Shown piece by piece: positions 39,719 to 52,946 of a stretch of 64,000 nt of DNA. Source of the DNA: Mytilus californianus (lineage: Eukaryota); the NCBI RefSeq assembly GCF_021869535.1, contig NW_026262745.1, forward strand, positions 63,178,001-63,242,000. The letters run 5' to 3'. Every line of letters starts with the position of its first letter. The stretch's first letter is position 1. The position numbers and the translations under genes were made by a program. The notes beneath the pieces are model-generated. The model saw only the letters and a program-made list of their open reading frames with translations. It had not been told where the DNA came from and ran no database searches.

Positions 39719-41683
39719 TTTGTTAGTCTTGTATTTTTTTAAATTTTAATTCATTTATATGTTTTGGAGTTTAGTGTGACGTCCATTTTCATTGAACTAG
39801 TACACATTTTTGTTTAGGGGCCAGCTTAAGCCCGCTTCCGGTTGCGGGATTTTCTCGATGTGTTGAAGACCAATTGGTGGACTCGGCTGTTTTCTGCTCT
39901 TTGGTTAGGTTGATGTCTCTTTGACACGTTCCCCATTTCCATTCTCAATTTTATGTTGAAGGTCAAACAAGCTATTTTAACATTTCTAAATATACATGTG
40001 TCTGTCCAAAAAAAGGAACCTAGTCATTGGTTTTCTTTTGTTACATCTTGATGTTTTTGTTCGTAAGTGTAGTTTTTGTTCAGAGCAATAGACTTTTTCG
40101 ATTTATTTACAAAATCTTAAACTAAACATGCTTATCATACAAAGTATATTAACAAAATCAATACCATGAAACTATTAGTATCGTCGTATACAAAGAAACA
40201 ATGATTAGACTTGTCATTTATTCATTGACACAATGTTCACGAATATCAAGACATTAATTAATCTTTGAAATAGTCGAGTTAAGTCTTTTATCGGCAAAAA
40301 CCTTACTCATGTCTGTTAATTTTTTTAATATATATTTTATTCAATGTCGTCAGTAGGTTTTATATCAGTTTTCCATATTCATTGTAAACGTTTTAACTGG
40401 TACCCGTTTTCCTGAACAGTGCAAACACTCTGTAGATGAGCGAAGTACTGTCTAGACACAATAACAAAGATGCAATTGAAATCAATATGGCAATGCCTAC
40501 ATATCCAATACTTTAAGACGATTTTCTTGATTCCAATGCAGATGTGTGTTTTCTGGTATACAATGATGTTTTTGATTTGTCAACTTTAATCTCATTTACT
40601 ATTTCGTTAATACTTTCTTCCTATGAAACTTGTTTGGTTACATTATTAAACGTGCAGACAAAGTATGGTGTTTTACCTACAAGAAATCAAAATAATCAAA
40701 AAAAATATTTAACTACTAAAATAGTTAGTATATGACTTATATTTAATAAAACAATTAAATATAGCGAAAGATACTTAGCAATACAATCCCATACAAATAT
40801 TTCAAGGCTCATGATATAAAAGAAGGTAATCAAAGTATTTTTTGACTTTAGACATTAACATAAAAGTAATAATGAATAATATACTATATGAATTCAGTTG
40901 TTAGCAAAAATTGCAGCTTATTTATCGTTATAACAGCATCGCGAGTAAAATTATTCTATTATTGCAATTATTTGTTATTTCGCTTGATCATTTATTGATA
41001 GAATGATGCATTCATTCACCTATTTATTTATTTTTATATCTTATATACACCTGCGCTAATTGTTGTAAATTCCTTCTGTGTTGTTAGATCAATAGTAGAT
41101 TTCGCTATTTATATGGTTTCGGACTGAATTGTTGTTGGGTGAAGATCAGACGATGTTACTTCTACGGTAGATGTCATGTAGTTTTCAGTTGTTGCTTGAA
41201 ATGTTGTTTCTGTTGTCTTATCTGCAGTTGAAACTTTCACAGAAGTTGTTTCTTTTTGTGTTGATGTTAGATACTGTGGTGTTGTGTCCTCCGTTGCTGG
41301 CACACATAAAACACAATCACTTATAACAGCAGATCCACAATCATCATACGGTGGCACACTCAAGACATTAGTATCTTCATTTACTGGGGAAAAAGACAAC
41401 TAGATTATTTGGTAATTATTATCATTCATGTTTTTGTATATCATTGGTAGTAATTACTAGATATAATGTATGTTAAAGTTAATGCATGTTGTAAGGTTTT
41501 TCTGTCTTTTTCTGAATGGTGTCAGGATTGTCAAATGAAAAACCGACCGTAGCTCTTTCTTTGGGCAATCCTGACACCACGAGGTGTGTTATACGACTAG
41601 AAAATCCTTACAATATGCATTATCAGAATAATATACTGTCGAAACATAAATGATTGGCAAAATTTGTTTAAAAATTGTATCTA

Positions 41684-41780
41684 TTCATACAAGTTTGAGG
41701 TTTAGCTATCTCTAAAACCAGGTTTATTCCACCATTTTCTACATAAGAAAATGCCTGTACCAAGTCAGGAATATGACAGT
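41684..41780 (+). ncRNA. Twister relic, family Z (element about 41670-41890)
   Basis: GAGGU ... GCCUGUACCAAGUCAGGA intact; P2 broken. Confidence 0.65.
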
Positions 41781-42235
41781 TCTTATCCATTCGTTTGATA
41801 TGTTTGAGCTATGGATTTTGCCATTTGATTAGGGACTGTCCTTTTTGAATTTTCCTCGGAGTTCAGTATTTTTGTGATTTTACTTTTTCCTTTTTACCGA
41901 TCATATTGAAAGGGAATATACTTTTCGTACATGTCTTAAGCGGTTAGGTATAAACACGACTTATGGCAATTGTTTAATGTGAAATTAAAACTCAAGTATT
42001 AATCTAGATATAAACGGTAGAAGCCACTGTTCAGTTAAAATATAAATATAGCTGAAATGACACATGATGTATTAAGATTCATGAAAAATTCAAGTCACTC
42101 TGTTACATGTAGTAATTTGTCATATAAACTATATAAAGGGGTACATTGTTTTTTATCTTGTTTCCCGACAATTTTTTGTCGCGGAAAAGCAGATTATTTT
42201 TAAACATATATATATGTATTTTAACAGACTTCAGT

Positions 42236-42340
42236 ATTATTTATTTATTGATGTATTTATTTGTTTTCTATTTATTTATTTATAAATTTATCTATTTATC
42301 TATTTATTTATTTATTTATTTATTTATTTATTTTTTATTT
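42236..42340. repeat. (TATT)n microsatellite just downstream of D exon 5 (AATAAA-rich on the gene strand)
   Basis: Seen directly. Shorter versions occur at the same position in B (about 6335), C (about 23375) and E (about 57020). Confidence 0.9.
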
Positions 42341-43767
42341 GTCTTCTTAATAAAAAAACAAAAGAAAAAGAATCGTACAATCAAATTCACACCGTTTCAT
42401 ATAAAGGTCTTCACCCGATACGTAAGTCTGGTCATTTTCTGTTCTGAAAGGATCGACATACTGATCATACATTACACACTTAGGTACAGAGGGGTTAAAT
42501 ATAAAACCCCAGCAGATAGGCTTCGCATTGCAATCATCTCTGCACTCTTGTTCAGTTCCAGGGTTTTTCTGCCTAATTCCACTCATTCAAGTAGGTACCC
42601 GTGTATCGCCTTCGATATCATATGAAATTTCAGAATCACAGATAGCTAAACGAAAACATGATATCATTGATACAAAAATTATATTCTGTTTGAATATAAC
42701 TTAAAGATATAAGAACATAAATATTTAAACATGAAAAAAACCCACCTTTAAACCGTTGTAAATATGTTATTTTTATGAGACAATACCAAGTTTTATGATT
42801 TAATCTAAATTCTCGAAAATAGATTTAGCAACAGTACCTATGTTACTATAATATAGATTATTAAGACATTACAAGTTATGGTCGTCGTTTATTTAAACAT
42901 CCTTAACGGACCGGAATAAGCTTAGCTGTAACGGTGGGTTAATTATGTACTGCATCTGAAGACCTTGTCTACACATAGATTCAATGACAATACAAGGAAT
43001 GACGAATTGAACAGACATTTATTGGTTAACACTACCTGTATTTGATTCACATATAAATGGTTTTGTATCTGTTCCGCATTCAGCTAAAAACCAAAACATG
43101 CTTCCACTTTCTACTTCCACATAAGCGCATAAATCATCATTACTACTATTCAAAGAAGGTGGCCAATTTTCAAACCAATATGGCGGAAAACAGTTATTCG
43201 TCCATACACGATTAGTTGTATCTGGAACATGTAATCCAATCCAAATTTCGTTTAGACTGGGATTTCTAAAAATAAAACTTAAACAAGAATACGTATATAT
43301 GGATATATTACGTATTGGTTATAATGATCACGTGTTTCAAAGGTTTTGTCATGTATGTAAAGCCTTGTTTCAATTTTTAAGTTTATTGACGCTATGTTTT
43401 TATTTATATGTATATTCACGGTCAATATTAAAAATCTTGCTCAATTCAGATCCGGATATAAAACATTCCGGTCCGAAATAACTGTACGTCATGACGTCAA
43501 ACATAACAATCAAGGGAGACCGCAACAGACGAAAATCATATAATTTGAATTCTTATTTGTTCTAAAAAGAAAAAAAAATGTTTTGTTTTTGTTTACATTA
43601 AAACAAGTTCATCTTTAACCATCGATATTTTCAATTGCATGTTAAAATCTTGGAAAATACAATAAAAAATACACAGAAAGAACATTGAACGCCATTTTCC
43701 TAATACATTATTTACATATATAATATAAAAATTAAAGACTTACTCAGTAAATTCGTTATATATAGTA

Positions 43768-44026
43768 GATATAAGAAGATGTGGTATGAGTGCCAATGAG
43801 ACAACTCTCCATCCAAGTCACAATTTATAAAAGTAAACCATTATAGGTCAAAGTACGGTCTTCAATACGGAGCCTTGGCTCACACCGAACAGCAAGCTAT
43901 AAAAGGCCCCAAACATTACTAGTGTAAAATCATTCAAACGGGAAAACCAACGGTCTTGTCTATATAAAAACAAGAAACGAGAAACACTTATGAACCACAT
44001 CAACAAACGACAACTACTGAACATCT
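43768..44026 (-). mobile_element. Family-W repeat (same 3' terminus as Y), truncated before the ribozyme
   Basis: Further copies at 1405-1660, 47635-47915 (with a twister relic at 47875-47915) and 51092-51330. Confidence 0.75.
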
Positions 44027-44924
44027 GTTAGATTATAATGACACCCAGACTTCGTACACGGTAAATATAGTCTGCACAGGTCCATAAAGAGATTTCCAAT
44101 AAAATGACAAACAAACGTTACTCGACGTACGGACCAAATGCTATCGGAGTCCAAATACAAAAGATATTTCTAGGGACTATATTTTATAGCCCTTGAAGTG
44201 AACTAACTTAGAGTTTTTTATCAAGTATTTTCATAAAAAACTAAAAGAGGGTCGCCGATATCATTTTAAAGAGTAAATCATTGACGGAAATGTGTAAAGT
44301 AAGTAACATTGAACTATATAATATAATACGATTTCGTTGCCAGATGCGGATCCAAGATGCATCCTAAAATGAACAAGGTAAGATATCAATATCTTTTTTA
44401 AGTAACAGACAAAGTATAACTCGCAAAACACTGATCCAAACAAGAGGTCATTACTGTGAAATCGCTTGGGTTTTTTTTGTTACGAACTTGTTACTTTTAG
44501 TGGGCAAAGTGTTCAACAGACACTTGGCATTTCTACATTTTATGTAGTACTCTTCTACCTTGTTTAATATAAGCAAGACTTAATAGTTCTCCCAAATATT
44601 ATCATCCATACATATTGACAAAAACTAAACGTATAAAGTTAAGAGACATGATGAATCTTTAACTTAGTATCCCAAAACCTGTACAAAGGTATTTTAGAAG
44701 AGGTCATACATATAATTCGTCATTTTTTTTAACAGGAACCTATCTGAATTCTAATACCTAACCGAATACTGAGAAATAAGCCTTTAACAAGAAGTTTCTT
44801 TTGCGATTCATATTTTCAATTAACCGTCAACTCCCTACTGGTATTGACGTCTTGATACCAAGGTGAGGCTTTAACTGCCAAGATTCAAATCATGTGCATT
44901 ACCAGAAATAAAATTCAAGTTACG

Positions 44925-45230
44925 CTACTGTCGATTGATTGACAGTTGGTTGCTTCACGTCCAGTGACAAATATGTCATGCATAATTAACCTGTAGAGAG
45001 CGTGACATTATATCTAAAAGAGGTATCGGAGTTAACGTCCTCACTCTAAACGGACGGGACTGCGTACTTGTACATCCCGCACATCTAAACGGACTCCCCA
45101 CTTTGGCAATGGTTAACTACCGTTCGGAACAATACCAATAGTGACCATATTTCTATTCCCTTGATCACATTTGAGAGGTTGAGTACTGTCGAGACGAGCG
45201 CGCGACCAAAGAGACAGTTATGAATCTGGA
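44925..45230 (-). mobile_element. Possible decayed SINE
   Basis: Minus strand has a GTCCG..GACGTTAA..CCG central motif and a ..GGACGTGAAGCAACCAAC..(AATC)n tail; the tRNA-like head is not clearly resolvable. Confidence 0.35.
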
Positions 45231-46325
45231 AGATACATATACATGAACGTTTATTAATTAAACATTTGCGACAAAAACGTGTGGCCTTTAGACACCGTGT
45301 CCCTTCACATGATAATATTTCCATGTTCAGTGCACCTCTTAAGATGGGTCAAACTCATAGTTGGTCTGTAATTTTAAAGGTTTTATATTTTTAACAGAAC
45401 ATAAGAACGAAATGATGCAGTAAATATAATATTCCCATGCTATCATAAGTTGGTCATAAAACTAAAAAGATCTTCTTTCTTAACAAAAAGTCAATTAAAT
45501 AGTCCGTACATGTCCGTTTTTCGTACGTCTGTATAATTAAATGCCAAATATCTTAGAAATAAAACAATTTAAACCCATTGACGTTAAACCTAGAATCCAT
45601 GCATCTTAAAAATTAAAAACAAATTAATGGATTCAGTAAAGTGTAATCATATTCTTCCTGCAGATGCGACCTCATCAATTCCATTTGATAAAATTCTACG
45701 GAAAGGTGACACAGTACTATCAGAAAGATGCATCAGTGATCTGAATTTTTACCTTCGACAAAAGTATCTTGAAATAAATTATAGAAGTATGCTACAAAAA
45801 GAAGAAGAGGCCAGTCGTGCACACCTCTTACGTTCCGGCGTGTTCGAAACTCTTGTTTTAATCTTATAACTTAAAAATGAGAATATTATCACGCTTCAGA
45901 TTCCATTATTTTTATTTGTTAATACTTGATTTTGATTTATGAGCTTTAAAAATTCATCATTAGAGAGATACATATATGGGTCAAGTGAAATGACGAAGTA
46001 ATGATCGATGCATTTGATTACCGGTAACTGAACTAAGTATTTCCTTAATGGTTGTTGTCAATGAAATCACCCAAATTTAATAACAAAATATGTAAAGAAT
46101 TAGAATAGTAGTTTGTGCTATTTTTTAAACAACATTAATTCCAACAAAGTATGTGTATTCAACGAGCCAAAAATTCATGCAGTGTATGCTCCCCTCCGTA
46201 CGTGCGCGTCGTCCTTCAATGCGATGGGCCGAGATACGGTCAGATAGGTCGGTTATGTCGAGTAATGTCATTTTATTCGAAATCTCTTATATAACCTTTT
46301 GACCGTGCCAAAAGTCCATTATTAT

Positions 46326-46468
46326 GATATTATTACGTGATTATTTCTGTGTTGGCTTTGTTATTGGTCCGAGGCTTGCTGTATTGACCTGAGGCGAAGC
46401 CGAAGGCCAATACAGCTGGCCGAGGACCAATAACAAGGCCAATACAGAAATAATTACGTAATGATATC
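46326..46468. repeat. About 143-bp imperfect palindrome capped by GGC-GAA-GCC
   Basis: Arms GATATTATTACG..CTGTATTGACCT and AGGCCAATACAG..CGTAATGATATC. Confidence 0.85.
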
Positions 46469-49400
46469 TTTATTAATTAAATATGTGCATACAGTGTTTA
46501 TCTTTTTTTTGTGTTTTATTTCCTTTCACAAGATTTTAACATGTTTTACATTGAAATCGAACTATCCAAATTTGAGTTTTCTTTTATAAGCTGCAATGTC
46601 AAACGATTTGGTGCTGTTTAGAAGAGTCTTCTACATTTTTTGATGATTTGTTAACCCTTTTCAGTCACTATAAAGTATTACAATACATATTCAGATGCAA
46701 TACATAAATAGTAATTGGAAAGGTACTGCCATTGCATGAGAGATTCAGAAACAAAATGACTAAATAAAACTAGGAGTTGAATATGATTGCCAATGAGTCA
46801 ACTATCCATAAAGACTTGATCAATAGATTACAGGTCATCCTTCAACAATCCATATGAGGTTCGGGTTGAAAAATATATGATACAAAAACATGAGATGCGA
46901 AAGTAAACAGTAAATTGAAATGCACTCATTAAACTGATAAACTGTTTTAAATAGTTATGAGGTTGACAAAAAATGAGCTTTGTGATAATCTACAGACTCG
47001 TTTCCCAAACCTGAAATAATTCAATTGTCTGGTTATAAAATGCTTTTTCAAATGAATGTGACCGTCTTCAGCCTGAAATATTTGCAACACTGAACGTTTT
47101 GGCATGTTTATGGTGAGTAAATAAAACAGCGTCTTCCAAACAACAGTTTACATTACGTTGTGTTTATCATGACTTTCGATCTAAAAACTAGAGACGTTCA
47201 GAAATCCTGTATTGGACGGATGAGAACTCGGCCAATACAGAAAAAAATCCATATTGGCCGAGTTGACACTTTTGTATAGCAAAGGTAGTTATCATCTATT
47301 AAGTCCAATAATAGAGTAGTTAATTAACAATGATAAATATTGATTAGACAATAATTGCTTATTCAAAATTAGAATCATGTGCAGAAAGTTACAGTTCGTT
47401 ACATTTTGTTGTTATCATTTTCGTAATAGGCATTTTGGTTCACGTTTTTTAACGTCAATATATATAATAAGATGCTACAACTTTAGAGTGTGTTTAACAG
47501 TAAAATGTTCAAATTTAAAACGTCACTAGGCATAGCTGACGTCAAATTATAATTATGACCAATATCAATCCGACACCAAACGAACCACACATTGATAATT
47601 TAAGAAATAAATCTATTGTAACATGTTCTTTATGTTAAGAAGATGTGGTACATGTGGTATGAGTCTCCATCAAAGTCACAATGTATCAAATGTTAATAAA
47701 TATAGGTCATACTACGGCCTCCAACACGCCGCCTTGGCTCATACCGAACAGCAAGCTATAAATGGCCGTTAAATGAACTATAACAGTTCAAACAGGAAAA
47801 CAGATGATCTTATCTATATAACAAAACGAGAAACAATTATAGACCACTCCAAAAAAAGACAACCACTGAACAACAGTCTCCCGACTTAGCACAGGTGCGT
47901 GAACATGCAGCGGATTCACCTTTAACTGCGACAGTAGTTTATCATTACAATATAAAAACACGCACTATAAAATATCAATTGAAATTGCTTAACTCAATCA
48001 CAAAAGACATTTAAACTAAAATAAGTAAACCTTTACTGATATTGGCTTTTTCAAATATTTTAGCAATTTATCTGTCAATTTGTTATACGTTGCTATTGAA
48101 CGGTATACGATGTCCATTAATATTTGAAAGGCAGACATTTATATTTGATTGTGTCTAAACTTTCTAGATAACACATGGTTTTACAATATAAAACTTATGA
48201 AATATATTTAAACTTGCTGTTTACAAGAAAAAAATTTCATTTGAAATGAAAAATATGGTGCCGTTTAAAAACAGTTGACGTTAACAATACTTTTTCATGA
48301 CACGCATGTGTATTTTGTGTCTTATAGGAAGAAGCATGTGTAAAGATTTACAACATTTCTAGATTAAAACGATGTATACTTATAAATGACTGGTATTACT
48401 TTTTAAAAATTTCTAAGGAAAACTTAATCCTGTGTTTACAAACATTGCTGTATCGTAACCTTTAATGGAATACATCTGTATGTGTTTTCCGTGATACCTT
48501 GCAGTCTGGTTTTTCTCTGATAATTTTTCCAACAAAAAAAAAAGCATACAGTCAAGTGTAGCATGTCATTATGAATCAAAATAGGTAAACAAATTTAGTG
48601 TCAATGATGGCATAAGATGGTTTAAGAAAATTCTTTTAGTCCTTAGCATGTCTAAGCTGTAATATTTTTTATTTCCGATTTTATTGACAGTGACCAAAAG
48701 AAAAACATGTATTCTTGAAACACATTATCAGCCGATATCTCCATTTATTTAAATGCGAAAAAAAATCACAATTTTCAGGCAAAGTTAAAAATTGACCGAC
48801 TGTTACCTTGTCTCCCCTTTAGGTCCAAATTTACTTCCAATTACTATAATTGAACAACCCAAACATTAGATGAAAGCCAACATAGGAAATAAATCAAATA
48901 TATGAGACCGTCAGTTAGCATCAAAGTTATAATGGACTTAATTTAGTTCTATGCAGTTTACATCATATTTTTCTATGCATCATTATATAATTGTTTTAAT
49001 CTTTTTTTTCTGTAGAGGTAAAACATTTTGAAAATGATATATGAAGGAAGCCAATTTTCGTTTATTTTTATCTCCTTTTGAAAAGGCACCATATTACCTA
49101 TATCTTTACAAGATATACACACAGTTCTGTCATTTTCTTTATACATATAACATTACTTTAATCTGAAGAAATTGAAATACTAATATATTTACATCTCCAG
49201 TATAGCTTTTTGTAAGTAAATTTCCTTTGCTTGTTGAGCAATAGCCACTAAATTTTGTCCTATACTCTTACAATATTTGTTAGCATCGTTCCAAGTCATC
49301 GGATCAATGAATAATGTTGTGGAAGCTGTAATCAGGACATATTGATCTGAAAAGAAAACATCGCTATATAATGTTGGTCCTTTTAAGTTTCATGATGTAT

Positions 49401-51908
49401 CTTTACTCAAGAAATTTGAATTAAGTTTTAAAATTGAAATAGTTGTCTTCAAAAATGAAATGACTATATTAAGATATGTCTCTTATAGACAGGAGAAATA
49501 ATCGTGAGATGACAAAACTGCTCAGATTCCTGTTATAATTCTGATTTGCATAAGACGCGTGACATTTAATTAATGTGAATTTGTTTAGAAAGGCAATGTG
49601 TACAAGGAAAACGCATAAATGGTTAATAAGCTACGAATAACGATATTTTTGGTGCAAAATGTTGCTGATAATCATTTAGGTAAAATTAAAGGAACGATAT
49701 TAATGTGACATTAGTTTTCATAGGTATATAAGAAAATAATGTCTGGCAAAACTTGGCTAAAACATTATCAAGATACAATATAAATATATAATTTTTTTAA
49801 AATAATTAATATTTTATATTAATAAATAACCGTGTACGATCGATGAGAATTCGTTTGAAAATGTACAGCATTTTTTTTTACTTGTTTAAATGTGTAGAAT
49901 TTGAGCAATTAAAGACATGCAAAAACAGGAAAATATAATCAATAATTTTGTTTGCAATGCATAACATATAAGAGAAGTTAGGCTTAAAAATATATTGTTA
50001 TAACATTTGATACCAATCTTAACGAAACCGACTTTGGTTCACCAGATGAGCATTTCGAGAAAAAATGTATCTTCAGTAATGCTCTTGGCTAAAATATTGG
50101 AGAATCCAACACAAATTCAAAAACTGTATTCAAAGTATTGCCAAAGTACACGGGATCAGAGACTTGCGTGAAAGTGATATATGTATTCCTTAATTCAAAA
50201 TAACTTAAAGTAACATTCAAGTCTTTAATCCCAATTACACAATATACGTATTTTCATGCCAGTATCGAAGTTTTATCTATTGGGGTTGTTAAACCAGTAA
50301 AATATTAATTGCATATTTTTTTGTTCACTGAGATAATTGAATAAGCATACTATGAAACATTGTTTGAAAGCTAATTTATAGCAATTCCAGTAACGTCCCT
50401 TTGCAAATAAGGTTTTCAATTGTATAAAGAAGAATTACCCTTTTCATATTTATTTGTACGCATATATTCTATTATTTTCGATCTCAAAAATTAATTTCTT
50501 AAATTCTACATTGAAAATCAAACAATTAAAAGAAGATGAGACAGTTAAAGTGAATAAACTTTAAAGGATTTTGACAATATGTGTTTGTAAGTGTCATCCA
50601 GGCCTACCTTTATACGATGTCAGAATCGACACTGCTATTATCTTCATTACTGCAAATAAATAACATATATTTCAATAAATAATTCCAACCGCATGTAAAC
50701 ATGACTTTTCCACATCTCTTTATGTAGTACAACGTATTTGGACATGGTCTTAGAAAACAATATCTTGCAATGTAATGACAAGATATTCAATGACACGCTT
50801 GAGGCAAACAATACGATCAATACTAACAGATGTTTCAATAAAACGACATGTCTCGAAAGCATTTGCTCATCAACACTTGGAAGGTCATCTTATGTCTGAA
50901 CTAGTTCAAGATCAAACATTGTCCAAAGCGGCTACAAATGTAAGTTCATATTTCGTTGGGATAGATTCAACTAACTGTTTGGAATTCTTCTGTATGAATG
51001 GTATTTCAGGTAAACATAGGTAGTTAACTACTGGCATGGTGGTACTCTTGAGAACGAAATGTCTGCATGAAAAACCTAATATAATATGCAACGAGAGTGC
51101 CAATGAGACAACTCTCCATCCAAGTCACAATTTGTAAAAGTAAACCATTATAGGTCAAAATACGGACTTCAACACGGAGCCTTGTCTCACACCGAACAGC
51201 AAGCTATATAGGACCCCAAAAATGACTAGTGTAAAACCAATCAAACATGAAAATATCGGTCTAATCTATATAAAAAAAGGAGATTACTTATGAACCACAT
51301 CTACAAACGACAACCACTTTACAACAGGTGTAAAGGCAGTTAAAATACTAAGTATGCAAAAAAAAAAGTTATTCATTGTTTTTCAACCATAAACCATAAG
51401 ATTTATGAAGCTCAAAGCTCTGCCATGCAGCACCCAGTAATATGATAATGTTGTTTAAACAATTCAATTTAATACATCTTTTACTTGTGTGATATAACGA
51501 ATTTCGACAGTAATTTATTCTGCTTTGTTTTAGATTATAGAACTTTGTATTAATAGTAGAATTTCTTATAGTGTTTGTTTAAGTTATTGACAACTTTTCG
51601 ATTTATAAATCTCTACAAAAATGATGCATTTAGTATCACTGGACCTGTGCATGTTTTTTTTTTTTGTTATACTATTTTCGAAGGTTTTCTTTATTATTGT
51701 ACCTTTTTGTATTCTTGTCTTTAATGTTTGCTAATGTTATTTGTCTATATGTTTTTTTTTTTTTTGCTTCTTTTTTACATATTTGTTTGTTTTAATAGCG
51801 ATTAAGATTATAACACAATGTTGACTGCTGTACCCCTATTTTTTTACATTTTTGCCTATTATGTCTCTTTGGTTTGGTATTGGTGTCAATATAATGGAAT
51901 TTGATGCA

Positions 51909-52008
51909 ACTGTCAAACACGTGAGAGGTTTAGCTTGCTATAAAACCAGGTTCAATTCACCGTTTTCTACATAAGGAAATGCATGTACCAAGTCAGGAAT
52001 ATGACAAT
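51909..52008 (+). ncRNA. Near-intact twister, family Z (element about 51840-52115)
   Basis: GUGA-GA-GGU ... CAA-UUC-ACC-[P3]-G-CAUG-UACCAAGU-CAGG. T1 and T2 intact; one P4 mismatch; position -1 is C. Confidence 0.7.
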
Positions 52009-52554
52009 TGTTATCCATTCGTTTGATGTGCATGAGCTTTTGATAATGCCATTTGATTAGGGACTTTCCTTTTTTTAATTTTCCTCGGAGTTCAGTGTTT
52101 TTGTGATTTTACTTTTCACACAACTTTTTGTGGTATTCATGCTCCTTAATCTGGACTCTTTTCTGCATTGAGTTAGGTTGATTATATTATGTTTTATTGG
52201 TATGTTTATTAGTCTTGGGACGAGGTTACTTTTTTTTGTACTCATGACTTCTGCATCGTTTTTTGTTCTTTCTTTATGTACATACATAGAAAAACTTGCA
52301 ATATTTTACACAATTATTTGGACGCACTACTTACATTTGACTTAGTGAAATCGTCGTTTGTTAAAACTTTAATATATCTGAACTATTTTTTTTTTACATA
52401 TCTAGGATTAATACAATTATCATCAGAAACAAAAAAATGTTCTACGTTTCTAAAGTAAAGATGACGTTTTTATTTCTGTTTTCCCTAACAATTAATCTGT
52501 TGCTAAATACTTTGTTTTTTTTATCTTATATACTATTTATCATCTTACTTTTAA

Positions 52555-52946
52555 GGATGTTCGCTACTCTGTTTCAAAATAACAAGCTTCTTAAAAGACT
52601 GTTATCAATTGAAAGAAAATAAATAAAGGAACTAAAAAAGCAGAATAAAATGAAGGGTCCGTCTGCTTGTTTTCGAGATATAAGCCATTGGAAATTTGGC
52701 GGGAAGTGATTTCTCTCTAGATTTTTCATACATTTAACATTGGCACCTTTTCTCTTTCATAAACTATGAAAAAATTACAAGGATTTAATAAGATTTTCAA
52801 ATATAGCTTTTTAAACTATATGTCATGAAATTATGAAAAGAAAAGTAGGGGTTAGCAGGCAAAAATTTTTAAGGGCATTAAATGGATAAAATCAGAGGAT
52901 TCCTAATATCTGGCCAACATACAAAAAACAAGAGGAGCGAACATCC
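52555..52946. mobile_element. 392-bp MITE with TTAA target-site duplication and GG..CC termini (Kolobok-type signature)
   Basis: TTAA-GGATGTTCGCT...AGCGAACATCC-TTAA. The empty site is visible in paralogue A at about 2497-2505. Confidence 0.8.

Noticed and set aside
42587-42589. Selenocysteine readthrough of the TGA in D
   Set aside because: It replaces Gly, not Cys, and the downstream stops are TAA/TAG.
45085-45324. Cys-rich 79-aa ORF
   Set aside because: It overlaps a probable decayed SINE and has no domain signature or splice support.
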